Below, piece after piece: positions 55,257 to 63,852 of a stretch of DNA of 64,000 nucleotides (position 1 is its first letter; each line of letters begins with the position of its first letter). Source of the stretch: Justusliebigvirus VEcB. Both the position numbers and the translations under genes were made by a program. The DNA lies in sequence record OZ035773.1; one strand, 5' to 3'. Below the pieces are notes generated by a model that did no database searches, was not told the DNA's origin, and saw only the letters and a list, made by a program, of their open reading frames with translations.

Positions 55257-55559
55257 ATGAACGGCATAGCTAAAACGTTTTTTCTTTTTTCTGGTGTAAA
55301 TGATCCATCAATAAAAGTCGATAGTGTAAAAGAAAACAATACTATCACCGCTAAATTGTTTCAAGATGAAACAAATAACGTGCTAATCATTAATCTTAAA
55401 GAAATAACTAAAGGTTATTATACTATTGCTTACCATGCGATCTATCATGCTGGTACTAGCGAGGAAGTGCAAACAAGCAACAACGAAAGCGCGGCGCTAC
55501 CTGGTGATCTGGTGCTGGGCGTTATCAGTTTAATTGTCAATGATTTTTTTAAGGAGTAA
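55257..55559 (+). CDS. Small early protein (100 aa)
   Basis: ORF with AAGGAG RBS. Confidence 0.55.
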   Translation: MNGIAKTFFLFSGVNDPSIKVDSVKENNTITAKLFQDETNNVLIINLKEITKGYYTIAYHAIYHAGTSEEVQTSNNESAALPGDLVLGVISLIVNDFFKE

Positions 55560-55888
55560 AACCATGCCCTATTTACATTTATTTTTCGGGATCTTATTGT
55601 CAGGATCTTTTTTCTTCTGTATACTTGTTTCTATTGTAAACCACGTTTTAAGACATTAAGGAAACAGCATGAAAATTATTCCCGTACAATATAGCGTAAT
55701 AAATCCAGCATACGAGGAAGGAAGGAAAACAAGCATGGCTTTATGTTATATTGCTACTATAGCCATGTTGTTATATATTGTGTTTTAATAGGTTTTATAG
55801 TTGTACGCTTTAAAGGCTTGACAATTTTTTGTTATGCTTTAAACTATATCTTGAAAACGGCAAAGGCCGCAAACAAAAGGGTAAAATT

Positions 55889-56212
55889 ATGAAATCTGTG
55901 ATCGGTGTTTATTTGGATAACTCTGATTTTTTCTATCATCGCGCTCGTTTCCTTGATGCGATTGAAATGATAGAATCAGGCTTTAAAGAGTATCGCCTTG
56001 CACATGATGACCTAGAAGCATTACAGGGCAATAGTGTTTTTACATTGCAAGCGAAAGCACTATGCAAAAGCCGGATCGACATTGCGAGCAAAAAGATAGA
56101 ACGCGGCATGTCCTGGTTACGCACCGCAGAAATCAACATGGGGCAATGGTACGGCGAAAACTTAGAAAATAAACTCACTTTTGTAAATGTAGAAAATATT
56201 AAAGATTATTGA
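55889..56212 (+). CDS. Small early protein (107 aa)
   Basis: ATG at 55889 (MKSVIGV...) downstream of a TTGACA at 55818. Confidence 0.5.
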   Translation: MKSVIGVYLDNSDFFYHRARFLDAIEMIESGFKEYRLAHDDLEALQGNSVFTLQAKALCKSRIDIASKKIERGMSWLRTAEINMGQWYGENLENKLTFVNVENIKDY

Positions 56213-56274
56213 TTGACAGCACACCTGATAAGGAGTATATTGTATCTCATAGAGCGGGGAAATGGTTTCCCCGC
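56213..56274 (+). promoter_or_regulatory. Promoter plus leader stem-loop cassette
   Basis: TTGACA (56213-56218), 17-nt spacer, TATATT, hairpin GCGGGGAAA-tgg-TTTCCCCGC (56254-56274). Confidence 0.65.
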
Positions 56275-56294
56275 CTTAACAGAAGAGATAAGAT

Positions 56295-56579
56295 ATGAAG
56301 ATCACAAAAGCACTTTCCAACTATGCAGCACGTCGCGGATTATGCTTATCCGTTGAAAACTTAGGGAAAGAAGATTTTTTGTGCTTTTGGGAGCTTGAGA
56401 ATGATAATGAGTGGATCTTCTCTTATTCTATCTGCGAAGATCAAAACGGTTGTTTATTAACCTGGCGCGGTAATATCTATCTACCGGAAGAAATCAAAGA
56501 AGAATTGCCAGGCACGATCATGACTGAGAAACAGCTTAAGGAAGTGATTAATTTTGTAGGGCAAAACATTAAAAAATAA
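56295..56579 (+). CDS. Small early protein (94 aa)
   Basis: ORF downstream of the cassette. Confidence 0.55.
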   Translation: MKITKALSNYAARRGLCLSVENLGKEDFLCFWELENDNEWIFSYSICEDQNGCLLTWRGNIYLPEEIKEELPGTIMTEKQLKEVINFVGQNIKK

Positions 56580-56580
56580 T

Positions 56581-56637
56581 TTGACACTAGGCAAACAACG
56601 TAGTAAAGTTTATCACATAGGGCGGCAATAGTGCCGC
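56581..56637 (+). promoter_or_regulatory. Promoter plus leader stem-loop cassette (leader identical to the 50013-50053 copy)
   Basis: TTGACA (56581-56586), 17-nt spacer, TAAAGT, hairpin GCGGCA-atag-TGCCGC (56622-56637); 41-nt leader identical to the cassette at 49985. Confidence 0.65.
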
Positions 56638-56660
56638 TCATAACAGAAGAGAAACAAATC

Positions 56661-56831
56661 ATGATCCCAACTATGTTTTATGTATCGCGCAAAGGTCACA
56701 ATATTTTTTGGTCTGAAGATTTAAATGAAGCCATGACGTTTGCCCGTGATCGTGTTGCTATTGGTGGCGTTAATATCACCGTAACCGATGAAAACGGCAT
56801 TGAATACTATAACGGCGACGATGAAGAGTAA
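56661..56831 (+). CDS. Small early protein (56 aa)
   Basis: ATG at 56661 (MIPTMFYVSRKG...). Confidence 0.45.
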   Translation: MIPTMFYVSRKGHNIFWSEDLNEAMTFARDRVAIGGVNITVTDENGIEYYNGDDEE

Positions 56832-56838
56832 TTAATGA

Positions 56839-56859
56839 GGCGGGGGAGTATTCCCCGCC
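56839..56859 (+). promoter_or_regulatory. Leader stem-loop without an obvious consensus promoter
   Basis: GGCGGGG-gagtatt-CCCCGCC hairpin 20 nt upstream of the ATG at 56879. Confidence 0.4.
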
Positions 56860-56878
56860 GTCAATAAAGAGGTAAATC

Positions 56879-57148
56879 ATGAAAATATCTTTGGACGTTG
56901 CAATCAAGGCCATCGAATCCGGTTACACCCTGGTAAAAGATGATAAGGCTAAAATAGTGCATCATGTTAACAAGGAAACAGGCGAAAGCATGATCACATA
57001 TAAAGCCGCCTACTTTCTCCAATCAGTAGCAGATCCGCGCGTACAGCGCCAGGTCACGGCGGCTATTGCTAAAAAATTATGTGCTTTACAGGGCACAAGT
57101 TTTAACGAGATCGCCCCGTGTTTTGACTGGTCGAGCTTGAAAAAATAG
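56879..57148 (+). CDS. Small early protein (89 aa)
   Basis: ORF with AGAGG RBS. Confidence 0.5.
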   Translation: MKISLDVAIKAIESGYTLVKDDKAKIVHHVNKETGESMITYKAAYFLQSVADPRVQRQVTAAIAKKLCALQGTSFNEIAPCFDWSSLKK

Positions 57149-57149
57149 T

Positions 57150-57211
57150 TTGATAATACGCGGTTATCTGGTAAAGTGTACGACATAGGGCGGGGCAATA
57201 AGGCAACGCCC
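57150..57211 (+). promoter_or_regulatory. Promoter plus leader stem-loop cassette
   Basis: TTGATA -35, 16-nt spacer, TAAAGT, then CATAGGGCGG...CGCCC imperfect hairpin (57188-57211). Confidence 0.5.
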
Positions 57212-57230
57212 ATTAATGAGGGGTAGAATC

Positions 57231-57335
57231 ATGTTAGAGAAAATTTTCACGGTTGTAATAGTGGGCCTGGCGTTATCGGTTGGATTGGTTGCAACTATGG
57301 CTAACATGATCCTATCTTCCCACGGTATCGGCTAA
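57231..57335 (+). CDS. Small hydrophobic peptide (34 aa), not in the ORF track
   Basis: ATG after GAGGGG; MLEKIFTVVIVGLALSVGLVATMANMILSSHGIG, a single TM helix. Confidence 0.35.
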   Translation: MLEKIFTVVIVGLALSVGLVATMANMILSSHGIG

Positions 57336-57349
57336 AAGAGAAACACAAC

Positions 57350-57736
57350 ATGAAAACAGAAATCATTATTGAAATCATCAACGGTTATAAAGAAGCCTTT
57401 ATTTTTGCCGAACCAGCGACGGATCACAATGGGGAATATATTGAGAATCTAGACGATTATGATTTTTCTCCTAGCGCCCTGAAACGTATTACCAGCGATG
57501 TGACCGCCTTTTGTGATGCCAATGATGCCGCTATCTCTGAGGCAATGAGCGACGGCGCTACAGCAAACCAGATCGGGAATGATTTACATTTTACCAGTAA
57601 CGGTCACGGCGTAGGTTTTTGGGATCGCCCTGAAATATACACTACTAACACCGCCAACCGTTTAACTGATGCAGCTAAATTAATGCCATTGGTGCATGCT
57701 TACATTGGTGAAGATAATTTGATTTATATTGACTAA
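57350..57736 (+). CDS. Small early protein (128 aa)
   Basis: ORF with AGAGAAA RBS. Confidence 0.5.
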   Translation: MKTEIIIEIINGYKEAFIFAEPATDHNGEYIENLDDYDFSPSALKRITSDVTAFCDANDAAISEAMSDGATANQIGNDLHFTSNGHGVGFWDRPEIYTTNTANRLTDAAKLMPLVHAYIGEDNLIYID

Positions 57737-57741
57737 AAGTG

Positions 57742-57800
57742 TTGACACCGATCCCCAATATGTTATTATTTACCACGTAGGCGGGAAATGGTTTCCCGCC
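57742..57800 (+). promoter_or_regulatory. Promoter plus leader stem-loop cassette
   Basis: TTGACA (57742-57747), 16-nt spacer, TATTAT, hairpin GGCGGGAAA-tgg-TTTCCCGCC (57780-57800). Confidence 0.65.
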
Positions 57801-57823
57801 AGGTAATCAAAAAGGTAAATACT

Positions 57824-58213
57824 ATGCGCAACCTGGTTTCTGTTTCTAACGTTGAAAAATTTCAATCCTTACAGGGTATCGTTAACAACGTAGCGCCTTT
57901 TTTAGTAAACGGCTTGATCGCAAAGATGAAAAATAAACATCATGCGGCATGGTCTGCTTACTGCTTTGATAATGATGAAAAAGCGGCTGAAATGATGTTA
58001 GATATGCTGTTAGATAGTGTAGAAACATCTTTACCGGAAAACATCGCAGAAGAGATCACCTATCGTTATAATATGGCGATCACTTACCAGGAGGTTGCGC
58101 AATTCAACATGATGGATGATGACGAACAACAGGATCAGGAAATGTTCTGGGAGTATGCGGATCGTCAATCAGCTTTTGATGAAAAATTAGCGATGTATTA
58201 TAACGAATATTAA
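57824..58213 (+). CDS. Early protein (130 aa), acidic
   Basis: ATG at 57824 (MRNLVSVSNVEK...) with AAAAGG RBS. Confidence 0.5.
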   Translation: MRNLVSVSNVEKFQSLQGIVNNVAPFLVNGLIAKMKNKHHAAWSAYCFDNDEKAAEMMLDMLLDSVETSLPENIAEEITYRYNMAITYQEVAQFNMMDDDEQQDQEMFWEYADRQSAFDEKLAMYYNEY

Positions 58214-58227
58214 TACACGGTAAAAGA

Positions 58228-58254
58228 AAGGGGCGCACTAAGCGCCCTTTTTTG
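58228..58254 (+). terminator. Rho-independent terminator
   Basis: GGGCGC-actaa-GCGCCC hairpin followed by TTTTTTG. Confidence 0.65.
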
Positions 58255-58400
58255 TATTCTTTTTCACAATGGAAGCGACACGTAAAGAATAGGCGTAAAG
58301 GTGGCGTAAAACCATCTAAAACCGACTGTAACCGCTTAAACAAGGTAGGAATGATTAATCACCTTACCAGGATGAAAAAGCTGTTATAAAGCTATCTAGG

Positions 58401-58697
58401 GTGTTTAAAGGTGACTTGGTTGAAGTTAGAACAACCGAAGGTTATAGCGACGATTATAAATGCGAGATTCATTTACACAACTGGTACACGGGTAAAACTT
58501 ATGCGCTGAATCATGCGTTTATCGGCAAGGTTGAATATAGAGAAATGATCGACGAAGAAACCGGGCAAGATTTTAGCGATCATGTTTATATTCGTTCAGA
58601 AACATTAGCCGAACGTTTGATCGAGAAAATGAAAGCAAAAAATAAAATTAATTTAGCTCATTGGATTGATATAACAAACGATCCAGCTTATAAGTAA
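58401..58697 (+). CDS. Hypothetical small protein (98 aa)
   Basis: GTG-start ORF; followed by a terminator. Confidence 0.4.
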   Translation: MFKGDLVEVRTTEGYSDDYKCEIHLHNWYTGKTYALNHAFIGKVEYREMIDEETGQDFSDHVYIRSETLAERLIEKMKAKNKINLAHWIDITNDPAYK

Positions 58698-58712
58698 ATA
58701 ACATTTCATACC

Positions 58713-58739
58713 AGGGCGCTTATTGCGCCCTTTCTTTTT
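58713..58739 (+). terminator. Rho-independent terminator
   Basis: AGGGCGC-ttatt-GCGCCCT hairpin followed by TTCTTTTT. Confidence 0.65.
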
Positions 58740-58944
58740 ACCTAAATAAAGATGATAGCTTTTACCTATCAAAAACGTTCACCGAAAAAAGTGAATAGAT
58801 CGCGGTATCGAGCTAATCAAGGAGCAGATGAACAACCATACCATGAAGATCATAAGGCGTTTACAGCGTGTTTTAGACCGTTTATTTTTAATTTCTTCAT
58901 GCAACTATAGGACAAAAACAGTCTTTTTCTTGTCTTTCCTCTTA

Positions 58945-59017
58945 AATGATAATCATTCTTATTTATAGCTGATTATTTATGCAATAAACTGCATAATGCA
59001 ATAATGATAATCATTCT
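58945..59017. repeat. Two copies of AATGATAATCATTCT (Fur-box-like 13-mer)
   Basis: Copies at 58945-58959 and 59003-59017. Confidence 0.65.
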
Positions 59018-59387
59018 TAACTTAAGACCATCTAACTTATAAAATAATAAGTTATCTAACTAAATTAAAGCTAATTATCTTACTTTTATTTATAACATAC
59101 TGTTACTATCTTATTGATAACCTTATATTAAACAACAATAATCAATGTAAATCATTACTAAGCTAACTATAATCTATCTAACCATTAAAACTATAACTAT
59201 AATCTATCGAATTGTTGCACAAAGTAACTATTAAATTGTTAGTAACATTACTAAATAATTCACATCTTATCTATTTATGATCTAATCTTTACCTCCCTAT
59301 TTATTACCTAAATAACCATTTCATGTAGTAATCATTTCATACAATAACTATAACAAGAAATATAATTCGCAAGCGTATCATTAGCAG

Positions 59388-59520
59388 CCTATGCCGGACA
59401 CATAGGCGGCTAATAATAACGCAACTACACCCCCCCACATAATAACTATCGCCGATAGTTATTATTTGTGTTTATGTAGCTTGCAACAATTGCAAGCGCA
59501 ACAATATACATGGTATATTG
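59388..59520. repeat. Cluster of four palindromes
   Basis: GCCTATG...CATAGGC (59388-59407); AATAACTATC-gcc-GATAGTTATT (59441-59463); GCTTGCAA-caa-TTGCAAGC (59479-59497); CAATATAC-atg-GTATATTG (59502-59520). Confidence 0.7.
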
Positions 59521-59618
59521 TATTCCCTTACATTGTTGCGGTGCGTTATTATTAGCTAATGTTTAGAACATTGGCTATAATATAAGCTGCATATAATAAG
59601 CTATACAATAATAAACAT

Positions 59619-59654
59619 AATGAATAATGACACTGAAATGAATAATGACACTGA
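59619..59654. repeat. Tandem 18-bp direct repeat (AATGAATAATGACACTGA x2)
   Basis: Two exact adjacent copies. Confidence 0.7.
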
Positions 59655-59793
59655 TGATCATAATGCGCCACCCTCCAGGGGCGCTATGTGAACACAAAGA
59701 AATCTTTCTTGTCAAGAAAAATATCATCATTATTGCGCAAAATTATTTACATCTGAATAGATGATTTTTCATACTATTGCCCCCATATAACTT

Positions 59794-59854
59794 ACTATTT
59801 GTTGCAATGTATTCCCCTATTTGTTGAGCATAGTTATAGCCTATTTGTTGAGCC
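59794..59854. repeat. Three copies of CTATTTGTTG
   Basis: At about 59795, 59817 and 59841, spaced 22-24 bp apart. Confidence 0.6.
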
Positions 59855-59926
59855 TACTTTCTTAAAAGCGCAATAAATCAGAATTATCTTGATTTTTAGG
59901 TAGTTTTATAGTATAGAAAATATGCA

Positions 59927-59942
59927 AATGATAATCATTATC
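59927..59942. promoter_or_regulatory. Fur-box-like site (AATGATAATCATTATC)
   Basis: 16/16 identity to positions 4-19 of the E. coli Fur box consensus GATAATGATAATCATTATC. Confidence 0.4.
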
Positions 59943-60118
59943 AGCTATCTTCCACGGGTGGCACTATTTCACACCAGATCATTTCATTTGGCAAGGTGTA
60001 GATAGATGTTTAGACTTGCCAAGTTATTGATTTACTTAGAATTTATCTGTTTTGTTGTAAGTAGAGCCTTTTTTGCTCAGAAAATAATCAAAAGTCTTAT
60101 AAGTCATTGAATGATAAT

Positions 60119-60151
60119 GCAAATGATAATTATTCTCATTGATATTTGAGG
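60119..60151. repeat. Degenerate tandem Fur-box-like motifs
   Basis: GAATGATAATGCAAATGATAATTATTCTCATTG. Confidence 0.5.
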
Positions 60152-60512
60152 GGGACGGTCGGGAAAAATCGGGGGGCGCTGAAAATCGCGTTAAGCACCT
60201 CTCGCAAGCGAGCAGTATTTTGCGGCAAGTTATTGATATTATTGACTTTACGCTTATGAAAAGGGGGTGTGTCGAAATAAATCGGGTATACCGGAAAATT
60301 TTTGTGGCATAGATATTTATTTGTCTATATTATGTACAAAGGGGTGTGTTAAAAATATTAGGTATATATAGAATAATTGATAGGGAAATCCTATACTAAT
60401 TCCTCCATTAATGATGTTTCTATGTTGCTGTTCTTGTAATAGATGAAAAGACGCTGTATGATGTGTGGCATGAAACGTAATCCTACAACGTAATCTTATA
60501 AAGGAGTCTGAT

Positions 60513-60878
60513 ATGTGTGTTCCTCTTAGCAGTCCACTGCTGTTAGAATTTTACAAAGCATGGATGGAAGATCATTCCTCAATGCATCGTGAGAATGTTG
60601 GTTTGTGTAATTGCCTTATGGATTACCTGGCAACCACTATGTCAAAGAAAAAACCTACGGAAGAAGATATAGAACATTTCAAGATGGTTCGTAGCAAAAC
60701 GCTGGAAGAGATGAAACTGCAATTCACGTGTGCTGGGCTATCCTCCTTCCTACCCTTTAATTATGATCTTCTGTGTTATGAAGATGAAGGTAAGACACAT
60801 TCTTGCCATACCAACCCAAAGAGATTGCAGTGGGTGAAAGACAGAATCGAAGATGCAAATAATGCTTGCATTGAATAA
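60513..60878 (+). CDS. Small protein, paralog family member 1 (121 aa)
   Basis: AAGGAG RBS; shares LLxFYxxW ... GLCxCLxDxL ... RxQWVxDRIxD with 62575-62943. Confidence 0.55.
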   Translation: MCVPLSSPLLLEFYKAWMEDHSSMHRENVGLCNCLMDYLATTMSKKKPTEEDIEHFKMVRSKTLEEMKLQFTCAGLSSFLPFNYDLLCYEDEGKTHSCHTNPKRLQWVKDRIEDANNACIE

Positions 60879-60960
60879 AAATGTCTGTATAGTGGTTTGC
60901 ATACCGCGCACGACGCGTTTCCATTTTCAATAAAATGTTAGCATTATGGGGAGGTAGAAA

Positions 60961-61422
60961 ATGAGACAACTATCTATACTGGAAGCACATGTGCAATGTG
61001 TTGCAGATTATGTCAAAGAACACTCAAGTTTGTTGGATGTAACCTGTGCAGTGCAAAATGATGTAGGTATTGTCTGTGTGCGACATATCTTATCTGAAAC
61101 TCGTTATGAAGTATTTCGTGCCAAGTTGTTTGGATGTGATCAAGTGCATGTAAACTTCTTGGATTCCAATTTTCGTTATGCTTTAAAAAATATTGAGGAT
61201 TATCTTCCTTGCTCTCCGACCGGATATGTGATGATGGCAGCAAATGAAGTAACACCAAACAATAGTGAGCGGGAAACTTTGTTACGGAAGAAAATACGCC
61301 AACTGCAAGTGTTGAATGAACTGAAAGAAGAGATTGAAAAAGAACTGAAAGAAGATTTTGGTATGCTTCCAAAAGACGCTTTGAAATGGTTTGATGAACT
61401 AGGAGAGGAAAGTTATGAATAA
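60961..61422 (+). CDS. Hypothetical protein (153 aa)
   Basis: ORF with GGGGAGG RBS. Confidence 0.5.
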   Translation: MRQLSILEAHVQCVADYVKEHSSLLDVTCAVQNDVGIVCVRHILSETRYEVFRAKLFGCDQVHVNFLDSNFRYALKNIEDYLPCSPTGYVMMAANEVTPNNSERETLLRKKIRQLQVLNELKEEIEKELKEDFGMLPKDALKWFDELGEESYE

Positions 61423-61591
61423 AGAAACTACTGTGTACTTAGTAACAAAGAATACCCCAGGCTGGAGCCAATGCAGCACTATACCTTACAAGATCTGTGC
61501 AACATTAGAACTAGCACAACGTGCAGAAGCAGAAGTGGATGCCATGCAATACAGCTATGGTGAAATCATTCCTTTTACTCTTGAACAATAA
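61415..61591 (+). CDS. Small ORF (58 aa), not in the ORF track
   Basis: ATG overlapping the upstream stop, after GGAGAGGAAAG. Confidence 0.35.
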   Translation: MNKETTVYLVTKNTPGWSQCSTIPYKICATLELAQRAEAEVDAMQYSYGEIIPFTLEQ

Positions 61592-61602
61592 GGAGTTGTG
61601 TA

Positions 61603-62055
61603 ATGTTTGAAATTGGTAAAGTGTATCGTTTTAAGAACGAATCTTATATCCGTAAGTTTGCTAATGTGTCTGAGTTCAATAACAGGATTGCTTCTTTCTT
61701 AGGTGATTCCTATTTTCGTGTATTAGATATTGATGACTGGTATGGTGTCACTTCTTTGCAATCCTTAGCAGGAGAGCAAGAAATTATCACTCAAAATGAA
61801 GGAGATTTTCTTCAGTGTTACACATTGCTTGTAGAGAGTGAGTTTGAATACTTTGTAGAAGTAGTAGAGGAAGCACCAAAAAGTAAGCATGAAGAGAAAT
61901 ACCTGCTTGTAGTGGATGGAGTTCCAATCGTGGAAACCATCTCCCGTGAGGAAGTTGAAAAAGAGGCAAAACGTTACAAGCTGGATCGTACACAGAGTGT
62001 AGTTGAAGTCTATTCTCTTATTGGTGTTGCAGATGTTCATGTGAACATTGTATAA
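61603..62055 (+). CDS. Hypothetical protein (150 aa)
   Basis: ORF with AAGGAG RBS. Confidence 0.5.
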   Translation: MFEIGKVYRFKNESYIRKFANVSEFNNRIASFLGDSYFRVLDIDDWYGVTSLQSLAGEQEIITQNEGDFLQCYTLLVESEFEYFVEVVEEAPKSKHEEKYLLVVDGVPIVETISREEVEKEAKRYKLDRTQSVVEVYSLIGVADVHVNIV

Positions 62056-62269
62056 TATGTGTAATGATAGATACATTCTTCGTGTATCTGATAAGTCTCC
62101 TATGTTTGACTGGCGGGGCTGGTGGCTACTAGCTCCGATGCTAGGTCTGACTGACGTGGAAAAGGAGGCTTATGTGTATACAAAAGAAGAGATAGAAGAT
62201 AGCCTTTATTTGACAGATAACATTAAGAATGGTATCTTTGAGTGTAAATTGAAAGGAGAGGAAGAATGA
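62048..62269 (+). CDS. Hypothetical small protein
   Basis: Intact ORF, coupled to neighbours. Confidence 0.4.
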   Translation: MYNMCNDRYILRVSDKSPMFDWRGWWLLAPMLGLTDVEKEAYVYTKEEIEDSLYLTDNIKNGIFECKLKGEEE

Positions 62270-62565
62270 CTGTTACAGAAAAACTGCGTTGTATTGCAAA
62301 GCAAAGCGGAGAAGGCTTATGGTTTCCTATTGATGAAGTTATTCAGGACTGTTATGATCAGGCTAAGACTGGCAAATACTCCAAAGCATTTAAACCATCT
62401 GTTTTCGGTTTGGATGATTATCCGACGAATGAACAAGCAAGGAAACGCCAAGTTGATTTGATTGATCTTGCTATGGAAGCACTACGAGAGCGTGGACTTA
62501 GTAAGGTGTATGCTTTAAACACCAAAGAGGGTTTTGTAGATTCAGTGATCGTAGACTGGCATTAA
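62266..62565 (+). CDS. Hypothetical small protein
   Basis: ORF with GGAGAGGAAGA RBS. Confidence 0.45.
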   Translation: MTVTEKLRCIAKQSGEGLWFPIDEVIQDCYDQAKTGKYSKAFKPSVFGLDDYPTNEQARKRQVDLIDLAMEALRERGLSKVYALNTKEGFVDSVIVDWH

Positions 62566-62574
62566 GGAGCAGCC

Positions 62575-62943
62575 ATGCAAGAGAATAATAAAGTGTGTAA
62601 CATGAAAAGCAGCCCCTATTTGCTACAATTTTATGAGTGGTGGTTGGAACAAGAAGATACAAACTTTAGCAAAAAGCATTATGGTCTTTGCACGTGTCTT
62701 GTAGACTTCTTATACAACATTGCTTGGATAAAAGATGTTGAAAATGTATCAAAACTCCAATCCTCTGTACGAGAGGAAATGAAGGAACAATTTAAGAAAG
62801 CGGGTTTGAACCATTTACACCCATTTAATACAGATTTCTCACATTACTTTACGGAAACAGAGCTAGGCACTGCACACCTTAACAAAGAACGTGTACAATG
62901 GGTGATTGATCGTATTCGTGATATGGAGGAATATAATGGTTAA
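62575..62943 (+). CDS. Small protein, paralog family member 2 (122 aa)
   Basis: Paralog of 60513-60878. Confidence 0.55.
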   Translation: MQENNKVCNMKSSPYLLQFYEWWLEQEDTNFSKKHYGLCTCLVDFLYNIAWIKDVENVSKLQSSVREEMKEQFKKAGLNHLHPFNTDFSHYFTETELGTAHLNKERVQWVIDRIRDMEEYNG

Positions 62944-63145
62944 GTTTAAAACCTTCTGTGCAATCACTGTTTGTCTTATTCTTGCATACGTGTTATTCTC
63001 TGGTATCATTCGTTTAGGTGAGTATATGGCAAGAGAAGCTCGTGAAAGTGAAGCTAAAAAAGAACAGTGCATCGTGTTAAAGCACCAAAGGGATGCTGAA
63101 AAATTTCTTGAACAGGATTGTGGGCGCTATGTGAATTATAATTAG
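62936..63145 (+). CDS. Small membrane protein (69 aa)
   Basis: ATG at 62936 after GGAGGAATATA; N-terminal TM helix. Confidence 0.45.
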   Translation: MVKFKTFCAITVCLILAYVLFSGIIRLGEYMAREARESEAKKEQCIVLKHQRDAEKFLEQDCGRYVNYN

Positions 63146-63154
63146 GAGGGAAGT

Positions 63155-63403
63155 ATGTTAGATATTTTTACCTTTGATCGTGTTGGTACACCGATTACCG
63201 AAGAAGAACGTACCAAAATTGAACAAGAATTGGATGCTTTACGTGCGTCTCTTACAGACACAGCCTCACTACAACGTGAAGCTGCACATCTCACAGAGAT
63301 CACTGGTATTCAGTGGAACACGGAGTGGGTTGTAATTACAATTGAAGCGGATATTTGGGGACATGAAGAGACGCTACGTACCGGAGTAGTAACGGTTTGG
63401 TGA
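63155..63403 (+). CDS. Hypothetical small protein
   Basis: ORF with AGGAGGGAAG RBS. Confidence 0.45.
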   Translation: MLDIFTFDRVGTPITEEERTKIEQELDALRASLTDTASLQREAAHLTEITGIQWNTEWVVITIEADIWGHEETLRTGVVTVW

Positions 63404-63449
63404 TAGATGTTATTCTTTTGTGTTTCTTGATATATAAATAGGAGGGTTT

Positions 63450-63674
63450 ATGGTAAAACGTCTGGAATGGGATGCGTGTACTGCTCACGCTTGTCACTGT
63501 GATATTGTTGAAGATCCTAATGGAGAGATGGTGTATTATGAGGATTACGAAGCATTGCACAATGCTGTGATTGCTTTACTGGATGATATTAGCTCACGCT
63601 ATCCAGGACAACAATTCACGTGTCCACATATCCAACTATTAGCCGAACTTACGGAGTATCCAAGTGTTCCATAA
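63450..63674 (+). CDS. Hypothetical small Cys/His-rich protein
   Basis: ORF with AGGAGGG RBS. Confidence 0.45.
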   Translation: MVKRLEWDACTAHACHCDIVEDPNGEMVYYEDYEALHNAVIALLDDISSRYPGQQFTCPHIQLLAELTEYPSVP

Positions 63675-63852
63675 TATGGGTGTCCCTGAACAACTGCTCT
63701 TTATTGTAGGATTAGTAGGCTTATTGGCGGCTGGCGCTAAAGCCGCTTCTCACACGCATCACATAATGTTAAGATTTCTGTTCCTACTCCCTTCTATCCT
63801 TGTATTATTAGTCATATTGATTGATAACATTTTTCACAATTAAGGAGAGGTT

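Noticed and set aside
52367-57788. Long N-terminal extensions of track ORFs in the array (52367, 52635, 53376, 55829, 56631, 57788)
   Set aside because: The extended starts lie inside the promoter or hairpin leader; internal ATGs with SD-like sequences (52424, 52692, 53424, 55889, 56661, 57824) are preferred.
49636-57800. Interpreting the GC-rich hairpins of the array as intrinsic terminators
   Set aside because: None is followed by a U-tract, all sit between a -10 element and an SD, and the genuine terminators in the region (54504, 58228, 58713) do have T-runs.
48540-60500. Possible tRNA genes or a CRISPR array in the non-coding repeat regions
   Set aside because: The repeats are heterogeneous in length and spacing and have no regular repeat-spacer periodicity; no sequence with a T-loop (GTTCRANYC) and acceptor-stem pairing could be folded into a cloverleaf by eye. 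A tRNAscan-SE run would be the definitive check.
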